Shown: positions 10,400 through 19,406 of the stretch, one piece after another | Position numbering within the stretch: position 1 is the first letter of the stretch | Layout: each line of letters starts with the position of its first letter | Source: an uncultured delta proteobacterium | GTDB lineage: Bacteria; Desulfobacterota; Binatia; UBA9968 | DNA length: 64,000 nt | Direction of reading: 5' to 3' | NCBI GenBank assembly: GCA_963745835.1 | Contig: CAVUZH010000003.1 | Location: 192,001 to 256,000, forward strand | Program-made: the position numbers and the translations under genes | The notes under the pieces: generated by a model | Database searches by the model: none | The model's input: the letters and a program-made list of their open reading frames with translations, nothing else | Told to the model about the DNA's origin: nothing

Positions 10400-11815
10400 A
10401 TGCACGATCTCAGAAGTTTCATTGCGTCGGCCGAAAAGTCCGCAGAATTGTTGCGCGTTGACCGCGAGACCGATCCGTTGACCGAAATGGGGGTGCTCTT
10501 CGGCGAGACCGAGCAGCCGCTGATCTTTGAGAATGTGCGCGGATATCCGGGCTGGCAGGTCTGCGGAGAGTTGGTAACTAGTCGCGCGGCCCAGGCGTTG
10601 GCGTTTCAGGTCGAACGCTCTCAGGTCGTGCCCGAACTAGCGCGAAGAATGCAATCGGCCGCTTTGCCGGGTCGAAACGTGAATACGGGACCTGTTAAGG
10701 AGCGAATTCTGACCGGCCACGATGTGGATTTACGCAAACTCCCGGTCGTCGTGCATTCCCAAGAGGATGGCGGTCCTTATATCGGCTCGGCGATGTGCGT
10801 AACAAAGGATCCGGACACCGGCATCCAAAACGTCGCGATGCTGCGGATGCAAATTCAGGATCGCAACCGCACCGGCACGGCCTTCGCCCCGAGGCATTCC
10901 TGGATGCATTACCAGAAATATGAAGCGAGAAACGAACCTATGCCGATGGCCGCCGTCATCGGACATCACCCCATACTCGATCTCGCAACAAACAGCAGCG
11001 TGCCTTACGGTGTCGATGAATTTCAAGTGGCCGGCTCACTACTTCAGGAGCCGCTTGAAATGGTACGTTGCGAAACCGTCGACCTCATGGTGCCGGCGCA
11101 CGCCGAAATCGTAATCGAAGGTTTGATACCTCCGGGCATCCGCGAAGACGAGGGTCCTTTCGGAGAGTTTCAATGCTACTACCTGACCCGAACACGCAAG
11201 TGCCCCATCTTCGACGTCAAAGCCATCACGATGCGGCGCGACGCGCTCTACCGACACATCCAGGCTACACCTTCCACCGTCGAGCATCAGGCTTTGGTCG
11301 CCGTGCCGATGGAGGCCCATCTCTGGCAGCGCATCAAGGATGTTGATGGATACATTGATTTGAAAGATGTTCATGTTCCTCCCTGGGGCGCCTGCTTTGT
11401 GGTGCTGGTCAAATTCACGCCTCGTCTGGAGGAACAGGCCAAGAGCGTTTTGATGGCGGCGCTTTCCAGCTCCTACGCCCATCCAAAAATTGCCATAGCG
11501 CTCGACGACGACATCGATCTAACCGATCCGCGTGATGTCTTCTGGGCGGTCGCGACACGAGTGGATCCGGCGCGTGATCTGCTGCAAATCCCGTATGCGC
11601 GGATGCATTCTCTCGATCCCTCGGGAAAACTGGTGACCGCGCCGGGAGCAGGGCATCAAAGGGTCGGGGGAAAGTTAGGCATCGATGCCACCAAGCCGCC
11701 CACATGCCGGCCGAAGGACCGATATGACTGGGAGCGCGTTCTGCCTATGGGCCACGGCAACATCAGCCTTCAGGAAGTGCTGGGCGCTCTTGGGTCCAAA
11801 GGAGCGTTGCGATGA
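10400..11815 (+). CDS. UbiD-family (prFMN-dependent) decarboxylase
   Basis: DLRSFI start, DGGPYI, VPAHAEIVIEG, EGPFGEF, DDDID, WAVATRVDP, KLGIDATK; RBS AAGGAG. Confidence 0.92.
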   Translation: MHDLRSFIASAEKSAELLRVDRETDPLTEMGVLFGETEQPLIFENVRGYPGWQVCGELVTSRAAQALAFQVERSQVVPELARRMQSAALPGRNVNTGPVKERILTGHDVDLRKLPVVVHSQEDGGPYIGSAMCVTKDPDTGIQNVAMLRMQIQDRNRTGTAFAPRHSWMHYQKYEARNEPMPMAAVIGHHPILDLATNSSVPYGVDEFQVAGSLLQEPLEMVRCETVDLMVPAHAEIVIEGLIPPGIREDEGPFGEFQCYYLTRTRKCPIFDVKAITMRRDALYRHIQATPSTVEHQALVAVPMEAHLWQRIKDVDGYIDLKDVHVPPWGACFVVLVKFTPRLEEQAKSVLMAALSSSYAHPKIAIALDDDIDLTDPRDVFWAVATRVDPARDLLQIPYARMHSLDPSGKLVTAPGAGHQRVGGKLGIDATKPPTCRPKDRYDWERVLPMGHGNISLQEVLGALGSKGALR

Positions 11816-12777
11816 AGAAGTTAGCTCGGGTTTTTCTAGTGGCGCTCTTTTTCGGCGGCGCCTCGGCCCATGCCATCGCGCGAGATTTTGTAGTCGGATT
11901 CAGCGTGCTTTCAGCCAGCGCGGCTCAGCTTTGGGTCGCCCACGACGCGGGCATCTTTAATAAGCACGGCTTGAACGTAAAACCGATCTTTGTACAGGGC
12001 GGAACTCGGACCACGCAGGCTTTGTTGGCGGGCGATCTTGACGTCGCCTACGTGGCGCCTCCGGGAATTATTAGTGCGGTTGCTGGTGGGGCTCAACTCG
12101 TGTTTGTAACAGGGATATACCGAACGCTTCCGTATATGATCTATGGAGCTACCGGGATCAGCACGCCTGCGCAGCTTCGTGGTAAGCGCGTGGGGATCAC
12201 GACGTTCGGTGACTTGTCTGATTTTGGCACGCGCTTCGGACTCAGGGCGATCGGGTTGGACCCTGATAAGGACGTAAGCCTGGTTCAGATGGGCGGACAG
12301 CCCATCCGGATGGCAGCGTTACAGTCCGGTGCGGTGGCCGCCACGATTCTCAATCCGCCCTATACCTTTCATGCGCGGAAGCTGGGTCTTCCGTTGCTCA
12401 TCGACCTGATCGGCAAGGTTGAATTTGCCAGCACCTCGCACGCGATCCGGAGAGTCGACCTGGAACGGCGGCGCGAAGAAATGCAGCGCTTTGTCGATGC
12501 CGTGGTGGAAGGGAATCGCTACTTCATGACGCATAAGTCGGAGAGCGTAAAATCCATGGCGCGCTACCTGCGCACGTCGGATATTACTTCGCTCGAAGAG
12601 AGCTATGATATCTACGCCAAGCGCATCATGTCGGACACGCCGGTGCCTTCTCAGTCTGCCTTTCGTGCTGCCATCGAGTATGTGGCCCGCGATTTTCCGT
12701 CGGCGGCGAAACTTCGGCCTGAAGACGTCTACGATACGTCTCTGGTGCAGTCGGCAGTGGCGCGCTTGGGGCGATAA
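11812..12777 (+). CDS. ABC transporter substrate-binding protein, NMT1/SsuA-like
   Basis: Signal peptide; LWVAHDAGIFNKHGLNV, LRGKRVGI, GLDPDKDV; ATGA overlap with ubiD. Confidence 0.85.
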   Translation: MKKLARVFLVALFFGGASAHAIARDFVVGFSVLSASAAQLWVAHDAGIFNKHGLNVKPIFVQGGTRTTQALLAGDLDVAYVAPPGIISAVAGGAQLVFVTGIYRTLPYMIYGATGISTPAQLRGKRVGITTFGDLSDFGTRFGLRAIGLDPDKDVSLVQMGGQPIRMAALQSGAVAATILNPPYTFHARKLGLPLLIDLIGKVEFASTSHAIRRVDLERRREEMQRFVDAVVEGNRYFMTHKSESVKSMARYLRTSDITSLEESYDIYAKRIMSDTPVPSQSAFRAAIEYVARDFPSAAKLRPEDVYDTSLVQSAVARLGR

Positions 12778-13419
12778 TCGCGATAGCCGATTTATCGAGT
12801 AATCGAAGCGTACACTAAGAAGCTCAGCATCTGTTAGTTTGACCCGAGCGATTATCAATCGGTGTGTAAAAGGAATTTTGGTCGGTGGCCATTCCTGTTC
12901 GGATTACGTCCCGAAATTACATTTTGGCGTCCCAGCTGGGGTGCATCAGGTTTTCGAAAAAACTCAGCTCCCCCATCATGGTCTTTCGGATCAGGCGGAT
13001 GGCACCGACCTAGAATGTAAGCCGCTCGATGCGGGCGCCTCAGCCGATACTCGAGAGGAAGGCCACTCCAGCACGTACGATGTCGGCTAGTGTGTCGAGT
13101 GTTCGCTGCGAAATCATAGCGCGTCGTCAGCCGCTTTTAGTTCTCCACCACTGTTTTGACCACAATGTCTAGGGTTGTGCCGCAATGCTTGATCGGAAAA
13201 CCTTCGCACTTTTAACGCCTCTGCCCGACTGTACGCATCCATCATTGTGACAATGACTTTTGCGTGCGGACCTGCTCCATTTTTTCCACTGCAGCAACGA
13301 CGTTGAGCATGTCGTGATTCCGTTAAAGCAGCAATCGATTCACCGAAGAGGACATTGGGAGTTGCGATTTGACACACCATTTTGAGCTGTCCTATAGAAC
13401 GAATTTTATCATTCTGTTC

Positions 13420-14331
13420 TTATCTCCGCCACGGCCAAAAGGAACGTCTGCGCGCAGCTTCCACCTTCGTGTTAGGAGACTCCGTGACATCTTCAGGATT
13501 GGGTTCCGGAAGGCCGTCGCCGTTAAAACGCGCAACAATCACGGTGATGTTGTCCTCGCCGCCTCTTTCTCGGGCCATTCTCACGAGTCCCTGACAGGCC
13601 GCTTTTGGTTCAAACTTTTCTAAATACTCTTTGATCTCCTCGGCATCAACTTTCCCTGAGAGACCATCACTGCATAATACAATCTGGTCGCCCCTCCTTA
13701 GTTCCGTGAATGTAATCGCTACATCAACCTCGCTCTGTATTCCTAAAGCCTGCAGGATAACGTTTCGTTTGGGATGAGTTTTAGCCTCCTCCGGAGTTAA
13801 CGAACCAGAGGCGACCATCTGAGCTACAAGACTTTGATCTTTGGTCATTTGAGAGATAACTCCCTTACGCGCCAAGTAGGCCCGGCTGTCTCCAAGCTGT
13901 GCAAATAAAATGGTGCCGCCGAGAACTGTCGCGGCGGTGAGCGTTGTGCCCATGCCGTTTAGCTCAGTGTTTTTCTGTCCTTGCTGAAAGATAAGTTCGT
14001 TTGCCTCTCGAATAGTTTCGGTTAGCGCGGTAATCAACGATTGCTGGTCCAGGACGGTTTGTTTTCCCAGAGCATCGATAAAGTTTCGTCCAACCGTTTC
14101 GACTGCCATCCGGCTTGCCACTTCTCCTGCTTGAGCTCCACCCATGCCATCTGCAACAATGAACATGGTTCCATTCTGGGGGATGATGCCGTTTAACTCA
14201 GCGGGATTCTGGTTGGCAAAGTCGCTGGTCGGACTTGCGATCAGAAAGCTGTCTTCATTGTTGGTACGGACCAAGCCGACATCGCTCAATCCATAGCTAT
14301 CTACTACGACGGCTAAGCTTGAGTTGCTCAT
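13420..14331 (-). CDS. pppA: PP2C-family Ser/Thr phosphatase (T6SS PppA/Stp1-like)
   Basis: VRTNNED, VADGMGG, GMGTT, GDSRAY, LCSDGL, GGEDNIT; overlaps the tssL stop. Confidence 0.9.
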   Translation of the reverse strand: MSNSSLAVVVDSYGLSDVGLVRTNNEDSFLIASPTSDFANQNPAELNGIIPQNGTMFIVADGMGGAQAGEVASRMAVETVGRNFIDALGKQTVLDQQSLITALTETIREANELIFQQGQKNTELNGMGTTLTAATVLGGTILFAQLGDSRAYLARKGVISQMTKDQSLVAQMVASGSLTPEEAKTHPKRNVILQALGIQSEVDVAITFTELRRGDQIVLCSDGLSGKVDAEEIKEYLEKFEPKAACQGLVRMARERGGEDNITVIVARFNGDGLPEPNPEDVTESPNTKVEAARRRSFWPWRR

Positions 14332-15536
14332 TTTCTTACGGTGATCTCCACGCGGCGATTTTGACTCCGCCCTTGTTCAGTTTCATTGGTAGCCAGGGGT
14401 TTCGTGCTGCCAAGCCCATGAGCGGAAATTTGAGCACTGCGAAAACCGGAGCGGGTAAACGCCTCGGCCACAGTGCGCGCGCGGTCTTCAGATAATTTAC
14501 GATTACGCGGTTCGTCTGCCTCTCTTTCCCTGCTGGCATGGCCCTCTATTCTAACGACTTTGTCAGGCGCATAGCGCTTCACCGTCATAACGATATCATC
14601 GATCTGTGCACGAGCCTGGGCGTTCAACTGCGCGTTGCCGGCGGTAAAAAGTAGTGTATCGAGGGTAATCAGAACACCTTCCGGTTGCTCAACAGCGCGC
14701 ACGCCCCTGCGCCTCAGCTCTTCAACTAGCGAACCGGACCAAGGCTTTTTGATTGCTGCGGGTGCCGGGGGAGCCTGTTCGACTCTGGCGATTTTGGCGA
14801 TCAACTGATCGGCTTGATACCTGAGGAGAACGAAATACGCGATGAACAAGACGACCGGCGTGCTTAGGGCCACGACATACCAAAAGAATTTCGCGCGATC
14901 AGGTGCCCGCGCCGCAGTGACGGCTTTCTGATACGCCTCTGGAAATAGCAGGCCATAGTTGCGGCGAATGTCGCCTTGCTTTCCGGATAGTTGATTGTAG
15001 AGCGCTTGCTTTAACTTCTTAACTTCAGACGGTCCGTCGCCAAAAGCATATTGTCCCAGAAAGCCGAGGCTCAAGCACAAGTAATAGATTTCGCGCACGT
15101 CATTGGCATGCGGCGGAAGGTTCTGTAAACGGGCGAAAAATTCTTCGCCGGCGTTAAAGGTTTTGTAATAACTTAACATCAGATGCTGCCAACGGGTCCG
15201 GTGGGGCCATGCCGAAGTCAGAATCATTTCATCGACCCAAGAAAAAACGGCGAAACGTGCTTCGCGGAAATTGTCTGCGGAAATTCCCGCTGTTTTGACT
15301 CGCTCCTCTTGGGCGGTTGCGAGCGCGAGAATCTTCTCACGCAGCTCATTTTGATCCGGCGGTTGTTTGTCACAGGAGGACTTGAAAAAGATTACGAAAG
15401 CAATGAGATCCGTAAAGATCTCGCGCAGCGGATTGGTGCCTCCGGCCGACGCAACCGGCGGCACGCTGGCGCGGCCGATTCGAGTAATACTGGCGATTCC
15501 CTTGTGAATCCAGGTTGAGGATTGTTGCTCTCCCAT
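14328..15536 (-). CDS. tssL: TssL/DotU with C-terminal OmpA peptidoglycan-binding domain
   Basis: DotU motifs VDEMIL, AGEEFF, EIYYLCLSLGFLG; one TM; OmpA motifs IEGH, LSEDRA, NRRVEI. Confidence 0.92.
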   Translation of the reverse strand: MGEQQSSTWIHKGIASITRIGRASVPPVASAGGTNPLREIFTDLIAFVIFFKSSCDKQPPDQNELREKILALATAQEERVKTAGISADNFREARFAVFSWVDEMILTSAWPHRTRWQHLMLSYYKTFNAGEEFFARLQNLPPHANDVREIYYLCLSLGFLGQYAFGDGPSEVKKLKQALYNQLSGKQGDIRRNYGLLFPEAYQKAVTAARAPDRAKFFWYVVALSTPVVLFIAYFVLLRYQADQLIAKIARVEQAPPAPAAIKKPWSGSLVEELRRRGVRAVEQPEGVLITLDTLLFTAGNAQLNAQARAQIDDIVMTVKRYAPDKVVRIEGHASREREADEPRNRKLSEDRARTVAEAFTRSGFRSAQISAHGLGSTKPLATNETEQGRSQNRRVEITVRK

Positions 15537-15640
15537 GTAACTTCAGCTAGCCAGACGCAAAGCTCTTCTCAAACGACTTTGCGTAAAATTCTTCAGTCTT
15601 CGTGTGTCCGGTTAATTGATCGCTGCAGATGAACTTACGA

Positions 15641-16435
15641 TCAAGCGAATTCAACGTTTCTGATTTCCAGTAGCGAGCGTTCGTCTCCATCAATCAGAAA
15701 GGTCCGCTGACCTTTGCCGAGATTGGTTTCTTCCCCGACATTCTCCCAAACTGTCATTCGTCCGAGTTTAACGGGATCTTCAGCATGATCACTCGAACCG
15801 TAATATTGTACGGGTATGAAAACATCAATTGTTTGTTGCTCGCGCAGTTCAAGCTTGCCCGGAATCCAAAGAAGGTCTCTTAGAGTTCGCGGCGGCCGAA
15901 TCTCGAGCCGGACAATATCTTCGAGCGCCAGCCACAGATAATCAGCTCGGATGATGACCTCCAAAAAAGGAGCTATGAGATCGTCGCCATCCTTGAAATC
16001 GTCGAAATGGGTCTCATCAATTTGACCGCCTAAGCTCTTCCTGAGATCACTGCTCTCTTTAAGCGAACTTTCCGCTTCATCGAAGTGCTGCTGAATTATC
16101 TCCGTAAGCGCTTTCAGATGTAACGCCGTATAGGGTGGCGGTTCAGACAAAAACTTTGGTTGGCGGCTCTGCCCTTGAAATAGTTGACGACGGCTAGCTT
16201 CCGCCCGGAGAATACCCCGATAAATTTCTATGCCAAGTTCGACCGTAGCATCGCCACTAACCTGAGCCACAGCATCGAGCTGGCGTTCAGCTCGCTGGAA
16301 ATCACCCATGAAACACAATAATTCAAAAAGGAAGATTCGGTTACGCAGGTCGAGCGGATTCGCCTTAACATCTGCGGTGAGTTGGCTGATGGCTCCCTGC
16401 AGATCGCCGTTGTCGAAGAGCTGCTTTGCATCCAT
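15641..16435 (-). CDS. tagJ: T6SS accessory protein TagJ (ImpE/SciE)
   Basis: VKANP...LFELLCFMGDFQRAERQL, DGDD..APFLE, LRDLLWIP, LGRMTVW, GKGQR. Confidence 0.9.
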   Translation of the reverse strand: MDAKQLFDNGDLQGAISQLTADVKANPLDLRNRIFLFELLCFMGDFQRAERQLDAVAQVSGDATVELGIEIYRGILRAEASRRQLFQGQSRQPKFLSEPPPYTALHLKALTEIIQQHFDEAESSLKESSDLRKSLGGQIDETHFDDFKDGDDLIAPFLEVIIRADYLWLALEDIVRLEIRPPRTLRDLLWIPGKLELREQQTIDVFIPVQYYGSSDHAEDPVKLGRMTVWENVGEETNLGKGQRTFLIDGDERSLLEIRNVEFA

Positions 16436-16553
16436 AATTGGTTAACCTCCAAGCTCTCTGTATCTTGAAGCGTTTGACTCCTATATCGTCTTAGGACTCC
16501 ATCATGGATTTCATTACGTGCGGTCGCAGCAATTGGGATCGAGCTGCTTAGGC

Positions 16554-18688
16554 TCAAGGCTTTTTAGAGTTGAGTTCTTTTTCAGCCTCCCAGGCTTTCA
16601 TTACTCTGATCCGGAGAGATCGCGCCTCCTTACTCTCCGGAGCTAACCTGAGCGCATGCTCGAGCTCAATCATGGCTTCACTGTACTTCCCTTGTTCCCA
16701 AAAAATCGTCGCGGTTCTCAAATTTTCTCTGATATCAGGCGCCCTGGGTTTCTCTATTTGTGGTTTTTGCCGAGGCTCGGCGGGAAGCTCGGGCTCAATG
16801 CTTATCGGATCTTTTACGATAACACTTATCGCCGGGCTCGCGACTCCTTCGTAACTCGCATTCAATTTCACCTGACCACTGCGATGAGCCGTGACCCGGC
16901 CTCTAGAATCAATGGAGGCGATCCGCTCGTCGCTGCTTTGCCAGAGAACTCCATCATTGATGTCGATCTCTTTGCCATCTGAGTACTGCCCTTTTGCCCT
17001 CAGAACAATGCGCTCATTGGCTTGCAGCTCGCGCTTGACTGAAATAACCACAAGCGAGCGAAGACTCGGCGTAGGCGCAGGCACCCGAGTTGGAGTCGGG
17101 TCGTTTGGCTTGTCCGTTTTCACTACAACCGTCACCGGCGGGCTGACTTGTTCTTTGAGCTCGGCGCTAAGCTCCGCTATGCCTTCGTTTTGAGCTTCTG
17201 CCTGGCCTTCGGAAGTTGATGCTAACGACCGAACTATTGCTGCTGTGCCATTTCAATCCGCTTGAGATCTGCTTGCTCGCTTCCGTCGGAGAATCTTCCG
17301 GTAGCAGTAAGGGTCAAGCGTTCTTTAGGAGCGAGATTTCTCCGATCAGAAGTCACGTAGAGAGAGAGCAGTTCAGGTGCAGGGGGAGAAATGGAAGAAG
17401 TTTCTGTAGGAGCAAACGACCGGCTAATAAGCGCCGGGCCGTTGTTCAAGTAAAAGACGGTTCCGAGTACTCCTGCTAATGCCAAAAGGGAGAGTATAAC
17501 AATCGATCGGCGGTAGGTGGAGGCGCGAGGCTTAGGCTGATCGAAGTCGTCGAGTGATATTGCCTGAGTAGGAGCCCACTGCGGGCCGGCTGACTCAAGT
17601 AGTGTTCTTGCATTGGTGGGCTCTATAGGGAGCGGCTCTGGCGGCGGTTCAAATCTTTCAGGCCGCGTTTCGTCTGCCTTCCTAAATGCTTGACCTATCC
17701 GGTCCCATCCCGATCCCGGCTCTTTAACTCTTATACCCGGCTTGCCTCTTAACTGTTCTTCCGCCTTGCGCAATTGCTGGACAACCTCAGCCATGTTGGT
17801 CTGTCGCTTGTGCGGCTCCTTCTCCAAAGCCTGCATGACCGGCCGCTCGACGGCTGCTGGTAGTTCGCGCCGTAGCTTGCGCAGTGGCACCGGCATCTCC
17901 TGCATGTGCTTGATTAACACCGCGCCGGGAGTTGCGGCTGTAAAAGGCACACTGCCACTGAGCATCTCATAAAGAACTACGCCCAAGGCATAGGTGTCCG
18001 TCTTATCACTGACTTCTCCCCCGTCTACCTGTTCGGGCGCCATGTAAGCCGGCGTGCCGACGATCAAACCTGCGCGAGTTATCTGGCTGGCATTCCCGGG
18101 ATCCCGAAGTCTCGCGATACCGAAGTCCATCAGCTTGATCTCTTCCGAAGCGTCTGCTCCAGCAACCATGATGTTGTCCGGCTTGATGTCTCGGTGAATC
18201 ACGCCGGCACGGTGCGCTGCCTCTAATCCGTCGGCGATCTGCAGGCCGAGCCGAGTCGCCCGACCTATCTCTAGAGGACCGTCGCGCCGAATCACATCGC
18301 TGAGCTTCTGACCGCTCAAGTACTCCATGACAATAAACAGCGTGCCATCGTTCGCTTGATCAAAATCATAGAGGATCACGATATTGCGGTGATTCAATGA
18401 AGCTGCGAGCCGCGCCTCGCGACGAAATCGGCTGATAAATGCATCGTCGCTCGCATAATTGCCTAGCAAGAACTTTATCGCGACCTTGCGACCGACGCTG
18501 ACCTGCTCCGCCAGGTAAACGGTTCCCATCCCTCCTTCGCCCAGTTTGCTAAGCACCTGATAGCGGCCTCTGATGACATTGCCTAGGTAAGGATCCTTCT
18601 TTCCGCTAATCCGAAGGATGGCTCCGTCCACTTCGCAGAACTCTGTTTCGTCCCCATAATTCTTACCGCACAACGGACAGTACTTCAT
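16554..18688 (-). CDS. Membrane Ser/Thr kinase: Zn-ribbon, Hanks kinase, TM, 2 Big_2-like Ig domains, TPR-like tail (two indels near 17210-17275)
   Basis: MKYCPLC...FCEVDG; LGEGGMG, HRDIKPDN, DFG, YMAPE; TM IVILSLLALAGVLGTVFYL. Joining frames gives FSDGSEKQISSGLKWHSSNSSVVSIN-EGQAEAQNEG into ORF 16554..17135, whose second repeat is YSDGKEIDINDGVLWQSSDERIASI. Confidence 0.85.
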
Positions 18689-18776
18689 TGCTAATTCTCT
18701 ACCTGCGGGTTATGCATCAATGCCTAGCACAGCTGTCAACAACGTTGACAGAATCTCTCGCCGAAAGAGATGAAAA

Positions 18777-18792
18777 TGCAAAACTCTTGCCC
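18777..18792 (-). promoter_or_regulatory. Putative sigma54 (-24/-12) promoter for the kinase-tagJ-tssL-pppA arm
   Basis: Minus strand GGGCAAGAGTTTTGCA: GG-N10-GC with GGCA and TTGCA, about 90 bp before the ATG at 18688. Confidence 0.5.
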
Positions 18793-19328
18793 GCCGCTCA
18801 TGGTGAGCGGAACTGAGCCGTTCATCGCCACGGTGTTTGCGCGCGCTCGTCAACAGTGACATCAACCAGGGGTGACTTTCAGCTCCAAACAGACCGGCCT
18901 ACAAAAGCATTCGAAAGGGGATTGATTTCTTATTGTTTAGCGACTTATACACCGGAACGGGTGGACTATGTCAAGGCGACACTAGCGAGTTACGCAACGG
19001 TTTGTTGCTAACGAGGTCTCCAGTATTGAGGTGAACGAGGGCAGCTTTGCAGCAGTAGATTACGGTAACAGCAACGCTTTGGTATCGGAATTGGCGAGGA
19101 TTATTTCGAGTATGGTCCAGAAGTTGAATACGACCTCAAGCGCGAGTATTCACCGGATGAAAGCTCTGTCGAACTTACAAGTTGGTTCTGTACTTCGGCT
19201 CAATGCTCACCAGGTGTACTATCGGCGGTTGTAATGATCGCGGTTTCAGCGAAAGCAGTAAAACTAAGCTCAACTCCATGCCGCGCGATCAGAGGACTAA
19301 ATGAGTGTTCCCCGAGCGAGAATCCACC

Positions 19329-19358
19329 TTGACTGCGTTGAACGAGTTTGACTAGAAT
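19329..19358 (+). promoter_or_regulatory. Putative sigma70 promoter for FHA-tssM
   Basis: TTGACT-18 nt-TAGAAT, about 50 bp before the ATG at 19407. Confidence 0.45.
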
Positions 19359-19406
19359 CCCCGACACAGTTACTTAGAGCTGAATCTTCACGTTGTAAGT
19401 GAGCCG

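Noticed and set aside
12839-13380. Short ORFs or a possible decayed minus-strand gene between the catabolic and T6SS regions
   Set aside because: Multiple stops and no family I can recognise with confidence.
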